The position numbers and the translations under genes were made by a program. The notes below the pieces were generated by a model, which made no database searches, was not told the DNA's origin, and was given only the letters and a program-made list of their open reading frames with translations. Source: Pirellula staleyi DSM 6068 (lineage in GTDB: Bacteria; Planctomycetota; Planctomycetia; Pirellulales; Pirellulaceae). Taken from it: a stretch of 32,000 nt of DNA. Where the stretch lies: contig CP001848.1 in NCBI GenBank assembly GCA_000025185.1, positions 5,370,001-5,402,000 of the forward strand, read 5' to 3'. Shown piece after piece: positions 1-9,879 of this stretch (its first letter is position 1; every line of letters begins with the position of its first letter).

Positions 1-1424
1 TCGTGAGGCTCGATGTGCTGTCGATATTGATGAGGTCAATCGCTTCGTTGCCGCCACCCGCGATGAGGTCGAGCGCGAGGAAGCCTTCGAACGTGGTCGT
101 CGCGACGAGACCCGTATCGGCCGTGATCTCGGTCACACCGTCACCGAGTAGTGCATCGTCGCTGATCTCGATATCGGCAGTGCTGGTGCTGCTCGAAGCA
201 TCGACCACTAGGTTGCCACCAGCGCCGTCGAGGATGAGCGTGTCGAGATCGGCGAAGCTGACGAGCGTCAGCGGCGCGCCACTCGGACCGACACCGACGT
301 TGCCACTCCCTTGACCATCGAGGACGTCGCTGAAGTAGCCGACATCAGCCGCTGTAAGGAGCTCGAGCGCGAGGCTGTTATCGCCGAGTCCGCCATCGAA
401 GTGGATCGTCACATCGGTCAGATTGCTCGCGGTGTAGTAAGCATCGGCGGCTGTATTCAAGTGCGCGCCATTGCTCACGCCACCCGACGCGAGGCTGTTG
501 TCGACCAGCGGCGCAGCGCCGTCGAAGCTCGGGAGTCCCGCTGCTGTTTCGCGGATCGTCAGCGACTCACTATCATCGCTGCCGATCACCGTGAAGCTGT
601 TGATCGTATCGGCCTGGCCACTGAACTTGCCGAGGCCGTTGACCTCGACTTCGAACACGTTCGGTGCACTCAGGAAGATCTCGATCGCGTCGGCCGCGCC
701 GTTCTGGAAACCGGCGATTCGCATGTCGAGCACGAGGTTGTAGACCGACGTCAGCGGCGTCGTTTGCACCGTTTCAATCGAGGTGTAAGCAACCCCTGCC
801 GCCGACGTGCCGAACGACCAAACGCCGCTGTAGTCGACAGCGCCGAGCGTCAATGTCGGTACACCGAGCCCCGTAATATCGAGCACTAAAACGTCGCCCG
901 CTGGCATCGTCGGATCGCCACCAAAAATGCTGATCGGCGTGCTCGCGAGACCATTGTCTTGATCGGGCCGGACGTTGAACGTATCGATCTCCGCGCCGCC
1001 GGTGAACGTCGCGCTCACCGCATCGATATCCCCTGCAAAGCTCAGCACCGCGCCACCCCCATCCGCACTCGCCGCATCAATCGTCACGCTGACGGTGGTT
1101 CCAGCGGCGAGCCGGCTTCCCGCTTCGAGCGTGGCGTTATCACCGGCGTTAATCGTGATCGAGGTCCCAGCGCTGATCGTGGCGAGGGTCGACCCTTCGA
1201 GCAAAAAGTTTTGCGAGGCTGCCGAGTCGGTCGTGGTGAGCAGCACCGACGATGCGCCGCCACTAGCGGTCAAGTTGGCGTTGATCGTCATGTCGCCACC
1301 AGCGGTCGCCGTCAGGTTCCCGACCGATGTGATCGTGCTGTTGGCGGTAAAACTCCCCGCCGAACTTCCCGTAAACAGACCCGCCGAACTAATCGCCGCA
1401 CTACTTAAAAACGTCCCACCGCTG
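1..1424. repeat. Left arm of a large inverted repeat (window-truncated); reverse complement of 15658-17081
   Basis: Position x pairs with 17082-x and I saw no indels. Track ORFs 3-314, 311-889, 471-743, 959-1408 and 975-1625 (+) have near-identical counterparts at 16768-17124, 16193-18817 (C-terminal end), 16339-16611, 15674-16123 and 14878-16107 (-). The junction was checked at nucleotide level: the shared CAGCGGTGGG ends at 1424/15658. Confidence 0.9.
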
Positions 1425-4400
1425 CTGAGCGTGACGTTGCCGCCACCCGACGACAGAATCCCTTCGGTCACCGACATGTTGCCTGTGGAGGTGATGTTCA
1501 CGCCTCCACTGGTGGTTGTGCGGGCGCCGACGGTGCCGCCACTTGCGCCACCGATTGTCAGGTCGCCAGTGTTGGTGACGAGGATGCCGCCAGTGCTGCT
1601 GCGTGCTTCGAGGTTGTTCACCTGAGTCTCGAGTGCTCCGCTCCCGCCGACACCGATGCCGCTGCTCGCCACAATTTCGAGCTGATCGCCGAGGATGTCG
1701 AGCGTCGTATCAGCCGCGTTGTCGTGGATCGCTCCCGTTGATTCGAGGCGGATATCTCCGAGTCCAGCGTTGATCACGCCGATGGGAAAATTGTCCGTGT
1801 TATCGAGGAGGCTGATGTGATCGCTGACACCACCTGCCGTCGTTGCATCGACCCGAGCTCCAGCGATGGCCGAGGGGGCATTGATGCGAAACGGTGTCGC
1901 CAGGGTTCCAATCGTGCTGCCGCTGCCGGTCACTTCAAGGACGATGATGGTGCCGCCGATATCGCGATCGGTTCCACCATCTCCCACAATGCTGCCGTTG
2001 AGCGCGAGGACGTCGAAGGTTGCTCCAGTGCCAGCTCCCACGGTGGAATTCGAAACGCTTAGGCCACCGGCGGTGTCAACGACATAGACAAAGTTGGCCA
2101 AGGTCGTATTGGTTGCGACGACCAGCGTGCCGAGGTTGACTTCCAGCCGATTGCCGACGCCGCCGATCGAACGATTGGTGGTCGAGAGGGTGACGTTGAG
2201 GGTGCCAGCCACAATGTCGGCCACCCCGGCATCGCCAGCAGCGCTGTCGAGGTTGCCGTTGTTGATCGTCATCGTGACGGTGCCGCTGCCCGCGTTCACA
2301 TTGGCGGCAGCCACATTACCACTCGACGTGGTGTTGATTGTGATCGGGGCGTTGTTGTTGGTGACATTGGTGAGCGTGACGGCGTTGGTTTCGTCGATCG
2401 TGATCGAGCCCGACGTGCTGTTGGTGGCGACGATCGTGGCGACTGTGGTATCGAGATTGATGCCAGTCGTAGCCGAGGCAATCAGGTCTTGCGTCACAAT
2501 GTCGACGCCCGTCCCCGAGGTAGTGATCGAGCCACGCGCATCGAGGGTCACGTTGCCAGCGGCGCTAGCGGTGAGGGTTGCGTTAACAGCGATGGTTTGC
2601 GAATGAATCAGCACATTGCCGGTGAAGGTCGACGCAGTGCTGACGGTGGTTGTATCGGTGCCAGCAGCCCCGTTTTCGATTTGCAGATTCACCACGTTGT
2701 GTGTGGTGGCGGTGCCGGTGCTGACAGTCACAGTGTCGTTGCCATCTACGAGCGTGGTGTCGACCGTGAGGGTGCCGACGTTCCAGACGTGCAGCTGTTC
2801 GAAGGGAACACCGCCGCTCGAGCCGGTGAGGACAATCGCCGGGATGGTGCCGGTTGCGGAATCGGTGCCGCTGCTGAGGGTGACAATGTCATTGGCCGCT
2901 GCGGTGCTGAGGGTGACACTGGCCATCGAGTGGATGTCGACCGGTTCGAGCTGCGTGAAGTTAATCACCCCTCGGCCGACGATTTCGACTCGTCCATCGT
3001 TGTCGAGTGCGCCACTGGCGACTGCATCGGGGGTGTAGATGGCCGACTGGACGTTGTCGCCATTCACACGAAGCACATCGCCGAAGGGACCAGCAACATC
3101 TTGTGTGCCACCATTGAAAAAGAGGCCTCCTGATGGAAGCGCGTGGCTGTTAGCGGTGACGATCAAGCGATCGTCGCCAGCCAGACCGTTGAAGGTGAAG
3201 TTGGGTGGATTGACGAGGATGATGGCGGGGCTCGAGCCGACCACCACTTCGAGGTTGCCACCTGCTTGCGGTGTCACGACCACCGTATCAGCGCCTGCTG
3301 TGCCGTTGATGACAGGCTGGCTGTAGAGCACCACATCGTTTCCGTCGCCACCGGTGTAGCTGATGTAGAGCTTCTGACCACCGACGACAAACTCCGAACC
3401 TTCCGCGAGATCGAACGTGTTGGTGGGGTCGCGGAAAACGCCACTCACAGCGGCGCCGCCGGTGTTGCTGATGATCAGGAACGACTGCAGTGTCGCGGGG
3501 GTGATGGTGCCGGTGAGGTTGACGTTGAGCACCGGACGCTGACCGGCGCTGCCGAGTGTCAAACCGGGGACGATCAGCTGATCGTAGTCGGTGCCGGCCA
3601 CTGGTGCAGGCACACCGCTGAGGTTGATGTCGAGTGTGGCGTCGTCTTGCAGCAGCGCGGCGCCGGTTGCCAGGCTTTCGGTTCCCGCGAGAGTGAGGCC
3701 AACGCCCAGCACGCCCCCCGCTGCGACGGTGACAGCCCCGGTGATGGTGCCAGTGCCGGCGAGGATGCTCCCCGAGAGGACGCTCACTGCGCCTGAACCG
3801 GTGGCCGATCCGCTGCTGTTATTGGCCAGCAGCGTGCCGTCGGCGATGCTGAATCCGGCACTGTTGGTGCTCGCACCTTCGAGAATCAGCGTGCCGTCGC
3901 CACTCTTGGTGATCGCGCCGGTCCCTGTACCCGCGAGCTGCGAAGCCGATTGGAACGTGATCGACTGCGAGGCGTCGACCACGATCGAGCGTGGACCTGA
4001 GCCGGTGGTTGTTACCACGGCATCGGTGACGGTGGTGTTGCCACTCGCTGGATTCTGAATCGTTCCCGACGCAAAGTTAATGTTGAACGGAGTGGCGCTG
4101 GAGCGATCGATGGTGGTGGCTCGCAGCGTGCCGCCACTGATATTCAGCGTGGGGTTGTTGCCGCCACCATCGGCCAGGGTGCTATTCACCAGCAGCGAGC
4201 CTCCATTGAGATTCAGCGTGCCGTTGACAGTTCCTGCAGTTCCGGCATCGGTTCGCCGGGCAATGACCACGTTATTGGTATCGACGGTGCCGAGATTCAT
4301 GGTGAACGTGCCGGCGACAGTTCCGGTGGAGACGTTCGGTTTCGAGCCGACAATCAAGCTCGAGAGAAATGCGTTGAGGGTGCTTCCCGTAGCGAGAAAC

Positions 4401-7333
4401 GTTCCATTCACAGAAGTGCCGGAGGCCGAGGTGGCGTGAGCACCAAGCCGAAGTTCGGTCCGATTGCCACTGGTGCCGAGGTTGAGCGTGCTGCCAGATG
4501 CGACAAACGAAACTTGCGCCGAGCCTTTATCGCCAGCCACCACAAATAGCGGCGTGTTGATGGTGTTGCTCGCGCCGAGTCGGAGATTGTTCGTCCCGGC
4601 CAAGCCGACGGTCGTCGAGTTGGAGATCACAATCGAAGTCGACGCGGTGATGTTGTTCGATGCCGAGAGGGTGACCGTTGCTTGGGGATAAAGTTGGTTT
4701 GACCCCGTTGCCGAAGTGGAGGTGACGATGCCCAGTTCAGCCACATTGATGCTGACGCTCGTCGCGCCGGTGAAGTCGACCGTTTGAGCAAACGCCACTC
4801 CGGTGCCGGTGCCAAAATCGCCTGTACGACGACCGATATAAAGATTGCTGCCACTTCCCGAGCCGAGTGTGACCGTGCCCCCGTTCACATCGAGTGTGCC
4901 GAGGCCACCGTTGAGACCCACCACGGTGGTGCCGGTCACGTTCAGCGAGCCACCATTCATCACCAGCGAGCCTGTCGTGTTGGTTGGGGCAGTGCTTTGC
5001 GTGGTCGTTGATGCCGAAGAGTTCGGATTGGCGATGGCCAGTGTCACGGCATTCACTGTGCCGTTGCCAAACGTGAGCGAAGCTTGCGAGGCACCAGTGC
5101 CATTGAAGTGGCGCGCGATTCGGAGCTCATCGAGATTGGCATTGAAAGTTGCCCCAGCCAGGTTCATCACCCCCGAGATCACCGAACCGGTGCCAACGTT
5201 GTTGTCGGCGAGGAAAAGGTCGGCAACTGTTGCCGCGCCCCCTGCGCCATAGAGGTTCAGCGTACCACCGGCCCCAATCGTTACCTGGCCATTCGCCTTG
5301 CGACCACCCACGGTCATCACCGGGGTGTTGATCGTGGTGGTGCCCGCTCCGAGAGAGAGCAAATTCTGCTCTGCATTATTGAAGGGGGTAGCGGAATCCC
5401 CCAGCAGCACCGAAGTGGTGGCGGTGATGTTCTTGGTGACGTTATCAGGAAGTAGCAGTGTGCCAGAAGTTCCATCACCGGCCGCACCAGTTACGACCCC
5501 CAGGGCCATCGAAGCCACACTGATGGTGACCGATGAAGCGGCAGTGAGATTCACGGTCCCATCGACCGATGTGCCGCCGCTCGAGCGTCCGATGAAGAAG
5601 TTGGTAGAGGCTCCCGCGCCGATCGACACTGCTCCGCCGTTGACCAGCAGACTGCCGGTGCCCGTTCCCGACGAGGCGTCATTGAAACCAACACGCAGGT
5701 TGTCGACACTCAGTCCGCTGGCGATCGTGACACTACCGACGTCGATATTCACGCTGCCAGTGCCAGCGTCATTCCCCAGTGTTCCCGCTGACACCGTCCC
5801 ATTTTGGGTGACACGAAACGTGCCCCCTCCAACACGCAGGATCGAGTTGCCGGTGAGCGATCCGCCGCGCACTTCGAGCGTGCCAGCGCTCACGGTTGTG
5901 GTGCCGGTGTAGCTGTTGCTGCCAGTGAGAGCAAAAGTGTTCGAGCCGAGCTTCGTGAGGTTCCCATCGCCACTGATATCGCCGTGAAAGACCGCGTCGG
6001 GAGTGTTGACCCCGGTGGTGAGTGTTGCTCCTGTAGCAAGCACCATCAGGCTGTTGTCGACACCCGTGACGTTCCCCACTTGCTCGCTTGTGGCGACGGT
6101 GAGTGTCGCGCCGACGCCGTTGACGTTCACCTGACTTGTGTTCGGAACGGCACTGCCGCCCGTCACCGTCAGCACGCCGCTGGCGATGTCGACCGAACCG
6201 GTAAACGTGTTGCTGCCGCTGATCGTGACCCCTTGCGAGCCGGTCTTCTCGAGGGTGGCGAGGTTGCCGCTGATCGCGCCACTGAAAATGGTTCCCGCAA
6301 CGTTTTCCCCCACCAGATCGACCGACTTAGCTGCCGCAATGGTCCCCGAAAACGTGGTGAGTGGGGCCGGAATGTTCGTGGTGCCGATGGTGGTGACATT
6401 TCCGCCACTCATCCCAGCGCCGACTACGATGTTGTTGCTGATGGTCCCTCCCACCGAGGCGAGCAGCGCAGTGGGATTGGCGTCGGGAGTGGAAGCATCG
6501 TTGAGTGTGATGGTGCGGGCTGCTGTGCTGCCGAGGGCGTTCACGTGACCAAGCACGATCGTGCCGTGGTTGATGGTGGTCGTGCCGAGGTAGGCCGAGT
6601 TATCCCCCGACATCGTCAGCATGCCAGCCCCGGTCTTCAGCAGGACACCAGTTCCGCTGATCGTTCCGGCGTACGACGTGCTGGTTGCGTCCCCTCCGGA
6701 AGTGAACGTGAAACTGCCCAGGTTCACGTTGCCGCCCGTCCCAGCAAGCGAGTCGAAGGTGGCATTGGCTGTCAGCAGCGCCGTGGCACCTGCTTGAAGC
6801 ACGAGATCAGCCGAGTGATCGGCATTGGCGGTGAGTGTCGCGCCCGATTCGACCGTGATTTGATCACTCGCGCCGGCATCGCCGTGGACGACAATCGGAA
6901 CCCCAATGAGCGTGCTCAGAGAGGTGTCGAGTTCGACCGAGTCATCGCCAGCGCCAGCGCTGAGGGTCACGAGGTTGATGGTGGAAACGGGAATCCCAAC
7001 TTGATTGGTGCCGTTGAAGGTCCAGCCCATTTGCAGCGTGGGATTCAGCAGCGAAGTGCTGGTGATTTGCAGCATCGTTCCGCCACTGACAAGCTCGAGC
7101 GTGTAGCTGTCGTCGGTCCCCGATTGGTCGGTGATGCTGAGCGCTCCGAGCCCGTCGAGCGTGACGTCGCTGGTCAGCACGCGTCGCTCTTCCAGTCCTT
7201 CCAGAAACATGCGGCGACGAACACGTGGCGACAGCCGACGCACTGCTGGAGACACTGCTGAGCGAGCATTTTTCGTTGCAGTAGCCGACCCAATTAGCGA
7301 CGCCAAACGACCAAGAATGCCACGCAAGACCAT
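1..7333 (-). CDS. Giant secreted/surface repeat protein, paralog A (PATR-type beta-strand repeats plus beta-helix-like body); 5' end complete, 3' end beyond the left window edge (>2,444 codons in window)
   Basis: Not in the ORF track because there is no in-window stop. Manual reverse-complement translation starts at ATG 7333-7331, with GGAG ~10 nt upstream and an in-frame TGA at 7363-7361. It gives MVLRGILGRLASLIGSATATKNARSAVSPAVRRLSPRVRRRMFLEGLEERRVLTSDVTLDG... The same frame was re-checked without stops at 4018-3320 (...GDGTLILEGASTNSAGFSIADGTLLANN...GTDYDQLIVPGLTLG...KLYISYTGGDGNDVVLYSQP), 3320-3000, 1810-1740 and 1633-1381. Every minus-strand ORF the track lists inside 1-7333 is in another frame. 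From ~3326 down to 1 the protein is colinear with gene B residues ~1205-2393. Confidence 0.85.
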   Translation of the reverse strand, partial: MVLRGILGRLASLIGSATATKNARSAVSPAVRRLSPRVRRRMFLEGLEERRVLTSDVTLDGLGALSITDQSGTDDSYTLELVSGGTMLQITSTSLLNPTLQMGWTFNGTNQVGIPVSTINLVTLSAGAGDDSVELDTSLSTLIGVPIVVHGDAGASDQITVESGATLTANADHSADLVLQAGATALLTANATFDSLAGTGGNVNLGSFTFTSGGDATSTSYAGTISGTGVLLKTGAGMLTMSGDNSAYLGTTTINHGTIVLGHVNALGSTAARTITLNDASTPDANPTALLASVGGTISNNIVVGAGMSGGNVTTIGTTNIPAPLTTFSGTIAAAKSVDLVGENVAGTIFSGAISGNLATLEKTGSQGVTISGSNTFTGSVDIASGVLTVTGGSAVPNTSQVNVNGVGATLTVATSEQVGNVTGVDNSLMVLATGATLTTGVNTPDAVFHGDISGDGNLTKLGSNTFALTGSNSYTGTTTVSAGTLEVRGGSLTGNSILRVGGGTFRVTQNGTVSAGTLGNDAGTGSVNIDVGSVTIASGLSVDNLRVGFNDASSGTGTGSLLVNGGAVSIGAGASTNFFIGRSSGGTSVDGTVNLTAASSVTISVASMALGVVTGAAGDGTSGTLLLPDNVTKNITATTSVLLGDSATPFNNAEQNLLSLGAGTTTINTPVMTVGGRKANGQVTIGAGGTLNLYGAGGAATVADLFLADNNVGTGSVISGVMNLAGATFNANLDELRIARHFNGTGASQASLTFGNGTVNAVTLAIANPNSSASTTTQSTAPTNTTGSLVMNGGSLNVTGTTVVGLNGGLGTLDVNGGTVTLGSGSGSNLYIGRRTGDFGTGTGVAFAQTVDFTGATSVSINVAELGIVTSTSATGSNQLYPQATVTLSASNNITASTSIVISNSTTVGLAGTNNLRLGASNTINTPLFVVAGDKGSAQVSFVASGSTLNLGTSGNRTELRLGAHATSASGTSVNGTFLATGSTLNAFLSSLIVGSKPNVSTGTVAGTFTMNLGTVDTNNVVIARRTDAGTAGTVNGTLNLNGGSLLVNSTLADGGGNNPTLNISGGTLRATTIDRSSATPFNINFASGTIQNPASGNTTVTDAVVTTTGSGPRSIVVDASQSITFQSASQLAGTGTGAITKSGDGTLILEGASTNSAGFSIADGTLLANNSSGSATGSGAVSVLSGSILAGTGTITGAVTVAAGGVLGVGLTLAGTESLATGAALLQDDATLDINLSGVPAPVAGTDYDQLIVPGLTLGSAGQRPVLNVNLTGTITPATLQSFLIISNTGGAAVSGVFRDPTNTFDLAEGSEFVVGGQKLYISYTGGDGNDVVLYSQPVINGTAGADTVVVTPQAGGNLEVVVGSSPAIILVNPPNFTFNGLAGDDRLIVTANSHALPSGGLFFNGGTQDVAGPFGDVLRVNGDNVQSAIYTPDAVASGALDNDGRVEIVGRGVINFTQLEPVDIHSMASVTLSTAAANDIVTLSSGTDSATGTIPAIVLTGSSGGVPFEQLHVWNVGTLTVDTTLVDGNDTVTVSTGTATTHNVVNLQIENGAAGTDTTTVSTASTFTGNVLIHSQTIAVNATLTASAAGNVTLDARGSITTSGTGVDIVTQDLIASATTGINLDTTVATIVATNSTSGSITIDETNAVTLTNVTNNNAPITINTTSSGNVAAANVNAGSGTVTMTINNGNLDSAAGDAGVADIVAGTLNVTLSTTNRSIGGVGNRLEVNLGTLVVATNTTLANFVYVVDTAGGLSVSNSTVGAGTGATFDVLALNGSIVGDGGTDRDIGGTIIVLEVTGSGSTIGTLATPFRINAPSAIAGARVDATTAGGVSDHISLLDNTDNFPIGVINAGLGDIRLESTGAIHDNAADTTLDILGDQLEIVASSGIGVGGSGALETQVNNLEARSSTGGILVTNTGDLTIGGASGGTVGARTTTSGGVNITSTGNMSVTEGILSSGGGNVTLSSGGTFLSSAAISSAGLFTGSSAGSFTANSTITSVGNLTATAGGDMTINANLTASGGASSVLLTTTDSAASQNFLLEGSTLATISAGTSITINAGDNATLEAGSRLAAGTTVSVTIDAASADGGGAVLSFAGDIDAVSATFTGGAEIDTFNVRPDQDNGLASTPISIFGGDPTMPAGDVLVLDITGLGVPTLTLGAVDYSGVWSFGTSAAGVAYTSIETVQTTPLTSVYNLVLDMRIAGFQNGAADAIEIFLSAPNVFEVEVNGLGKFSGQADTINSFTVIGSDDSESLTIRETAAGLPSFDGAAPLVDNSLASGGVSNGAHLNTAADAYYTASNLTDVTIHFDGGLGDNSLALELLTAADVGYFSDVLDGQGSGNVGVGPSGAPLTLVSFADLDTLILDGAGGNLVVDASSSTSTADIEISDDALLGDGVTEITADTGLVATTTFEGFLALDLIAGGGNEAIDLINIDSTSSLT

Positions 7334-7894
7334 GGGGGAGGCTCCACAAGAAATCGCACATCAATCGCTCATCACAGCAGACAGATGTACATTGGCATGC
7401 ACAGAAGCATCGCGGTCGGAGTGGCACTTGAAACGCCACATCTTAGTGTTCTGTGTCAGCATCAGCCCCGTTAAGCTGGGAGAGAGCGTGCTGCGCGCAA
7501 TGTATACCTTGGGGCTAGACTAACTGCGTGGTCTAGCACCTTCAAGTGGCAACTTTGCTACAACCGGTACCTTCGGCAGTCCTTGGCAGTAGCAGGCTCA
7601 TACTCCGCTCGAGGGGCGGAATGCCGCAGTCGATCGGCTGCGGGAAATGAACCCACCTTACCAGGAAAAACCTCCGCTCTTGGCCCCAGTAGCGGGGGCG
7701 AGCTGGCTACCGCTGAGTAGCTGGGCTGCGTTGTGATGGCGGAATGCCGCCGCTAAAAAATCCAGGCTGTTTGGAAAAGATTTTCTGGCTCGCAAGGCCC
7801 AAGAGCGCACGAAAAAGCCCCGCCAGCGGCACGCTTGACATGCCAGATGACGAGGCTCTTGAGCTATCGAGAGTGATGTCGCGCTAACGACTCA

Positions 7895-7915
7895 CTGGCC
7901 GACGTGCGCGGCCAG
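7895..7915 (-). terminator. Candidate hairpin downstream of the propeller gene (CTGGCCG-N7-CGGCCAG)
   Basis: 7-bp GC-rich inverted repeat 23 nt past the stop at 7938. A second small hairpin (GACCT-TTAG-AGGTC) follows the stop directly. There is no U-run, so this is weak as an intrinsic terminator. Confidence 0.25.
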
Positions 7916-7937
7916 CGTACGACGACCTCTAAAGGTC

Positions 7938-9236
7938 TTACTTCGCAGCGCTAACGTCGTAGCAAAGCACGCGGCCGTTTTCACGCAGGTAGAGTTTGCC
8001 ACCTGTGATGACCGGATGCGCCCAGCTCGGACGATCGCCCGAACCGGGTGCCTTGAACGAGCCGAGTTCCTCGTGCTTGTCGCCAGCTTTCATCAGCGCG
8101 ATGGTGCCATCTTGGAAACCGAGGTAAAGGCAACCGTCGGCTGCAGCCACCGTCACCGAGCCCTTACCAACGCCGCGCTCTTTCCATTTGATCTCGCCCG
8201 TCATCAGGTCGGCGCAGAAGGGAATGCCAGCGTCGTCGGAATCACCAAACAGATAGTCACCCACCAGCACAATGCCGCCATGCTTATTGGCCAGGGCCGT
8301 GTTGAGGGGATAAACCTCTTCCACTTTCACTTCGCCATTTTCGCCAGCGACTTGCTTCAAAAGAGCACCGCCCCGCTTGTAGCCAGCCGAGAAGAAGACG
8401 TAATCACCCTTCACAATCGGCGTCGGAATCACAGCGGTTGTTTTGTCGATTTCGTACGACCACAGGAGCTTGCCATCGGAGGCACGCACACCCAGCGCGC
8501 CACTGGCGGTCGTTTGCACATAGACCTTCGTTCCACCGATGTTGCTGATCACGATCGAAGCGTGTCCCGCGCCACGATCCCCTTCGCGAACAGCACTCCA
8601 CACCGTTTCACCGGTCAGTTTGTTGAGCGCCACCATCGTGTTCTTGTCGCTGCCAGGGGTGCAAACGACCAGGTCGCCATCGACCAGCACCGATTCGCTA
8701 TAGCCCCAGCTGTCACCCTTGCTGCCGCCGAAATCTTCCTTCAAATCCTTGCGCCAAACTTCCGAGCCATCGGAGGTTTTGCTGCAGATCAACCGACCAT
8801 AGGCGGTCAGGGCATACACCAAATCGCCATCGACCGTCGGGGTCGAGCGCGAGCTCTGCCAGTTCGGCGAGCCGTTGTTCCAGGCGGGACCAAGCTTCGA
8901 CTTCCACAGCACATTGCCACCATCTTTGGCCAGGCAAATCAGGTACTCATCCTTGTCGTCTGCTTCGGCCCCTTCGAGGCTGTCACCCAGCGTGAAGAGT
9001 TTGTCCCCCGCCACACTCACGCTGGCATAGCCGCGACCAAGCCCCGTGGTTTCCCACAGCAACTTGGGACCACCTTCGGGCCACGCCTGTAGCAAACCTT
9101 TGTCGCTGGAAACAGCCGAGCGATCAGCGCCACGAAACGTCGGCCAGCCTTCAGCGGCTGCTGTGACTGCGGGAAATAAAGAGCCTGTCGCCAGAGCTAG
9201 CGAGGCGATCGCAGTTCGCACATAGGGAAGACGCAT
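7938..9236 (-). CDS. PQQ-like / BamB-like beta-propeller repeat protein with N-terminal signal peptide
   Basis: Track ORF 7938-9290. I prefer the internal ATG at 9236 (MRLPYVRTAIASLALATGSLFPAVTAAAEGWPTFRG), which has AGGA ~10 nt upstream and starts a hydrophobic signal ending in AAA-E. Recurrent ...G.V.A.D..TG...W... blades are typical of PQQ-enzyme-repeat propellers. There is no lipobox Cys. Confidence 0.8.
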   Translation of the reverse strand: MRLPYVRTAIASLALATGSLFPAVTAAAEGWPTFRGADRSAVSSDKGLLQAWPEGGPKLLWETTGLGRGYASVSVAGDKLFTLGDSLEGAEADDKDEYLICLAKDGGNVLWKSKLGPAWNNGSPNWQSSRSTPTVDGDLVYALTAYGRLICSKTSDGSEVWRKDLKEDFGGSKGDSWGYSESVLVDGDLVVCTPGSDKNTMVALNKLTGETVWSAVREGDRGAGHASIVISNIGGTKVYVQTTASGALGVRASDGKLLWSYEIDKTTAVIPTPIVKGDYVFFSAGYKRGGALLKQVAGENGEVKVEEVYPLNTALANKHGGIVLVGDYLFGDSDDAGIPFCADLMTGEIKWKERGVGKGSVTVAAADGCLYLGFQDGTIALMKAGDKHEELGSFKAPGSGDRPSWAHPVITGGKLYLRENGRVLCYDVSAAK

Positions 9237-9846
9237 ACGAGAGTTCCTGAAGCGTGGGGAATGTCGGCGGGAGGGGGGCGGGCAGGACACTGCCTAACCG
9301 TTAAGACCCTAGTAAACACCCATATCGAGCGCAAATCAATCGCGGGAAGGGGCCGAGAGGAGCTTGCAGGTCCCTTGCCGAGAGAATCGGCGATCCAGCG
9401 TGCACGTGCGTTTCAGCCGCAGGCCAGACCGTCCAAAAGAACTGCCGGCACCCCTTCAGTGGACTGTGCTGCCGAGCACAAAGAGGACATTCTTAAAAAT
9501 CTACCCGTTTGGTAGCTGAAACCTCTGGACCCCTGGCTTGGCGCAATTATGCTACGAACCGTTCCCGGCATAGTGAATTGGGGTGGATAACACGCGCGCT
9601 GAGGTCGCCAGAAAGCACCTCGTGAGCTGCGCGACAGACCATTCGGGTCCCTCAGGCAACGCTCGCTGCTGCCGCGACAAATCGACACGCAACTTTGTGG
9701 CGCTACTACCTATTTTCCATTAACGCTGGCTGATTCTCGATCCTGCTCATTAGAAAACCATAAGTCTTAAGATCTCCCCATATCTTATTACTTATAACCC
9801 AAGTCATCACCACCGACTACTCCTCCATACTCCTCATCCTCTCAAG

Positions 9847-9879
9847 TTCTGATAATTGAATTCCAACTTAATATCAGAA
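9847..9879. promoter_or_regulatory. Inverted repeat TTCTGATA-N17-TATCAGAA in the leader of giant gene B
   Basis: Perfect 8-bp arms at 9847-9854 and 9872-9879, 23 nt upstream of ATG 9902. It sits inside an AT-rich, G-depleted stretch. Its function (operator or 5'-UTR hairpin) is not established. Confidence 0.25.

Noticed and set aside
975-7261. Many long plus-strand ORFs across 1-7300 (e.g. 975-1625, 2094-2606, 2489-3133, 3143-3796, 5298-5912, 5804-7261 with 485 aa)
   Set aside because: They are shadow frames of the real minus-strand giant gene A. Their translations are low-complexity (P/A/V/S/R-rich) with no recognisable motifs. The minus frame from ATG 7333 is open through the whole span and gives clean PATR-type repeats and the GGDGNDVVL signature.
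7334-7937. Searched the long spacers (also 9237-9901, 18833-19124, 22349-22654, 31583-31868) for tRNA/ncRNA signatures
   Set aside because: No cloverleaf-compatible arms or GTTCRANYC-type T-loop were found, and I recognised no riboswitch consensus. Only short hairpins are present (e.g. GCTAGAC-N10-GTCTAGC at 7514-7537).
8016-9092. 358-aa plus-strand ORF
   Set aside because: It is antisense to the propeller gene, has no motifs, and is R/A/H-rich. The minus-strand product has a signal peptide and propeller blades.
9261-9688. Small ORFs 9261-9515 (+) and 9413-9688 (-) in the propeller/gene B spacer
   Set aside because: They overlap each other, lack an RBS, and have compositions typical of random GC-rich ORFs. 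I cannot exclude a small gene without homology or expression data.
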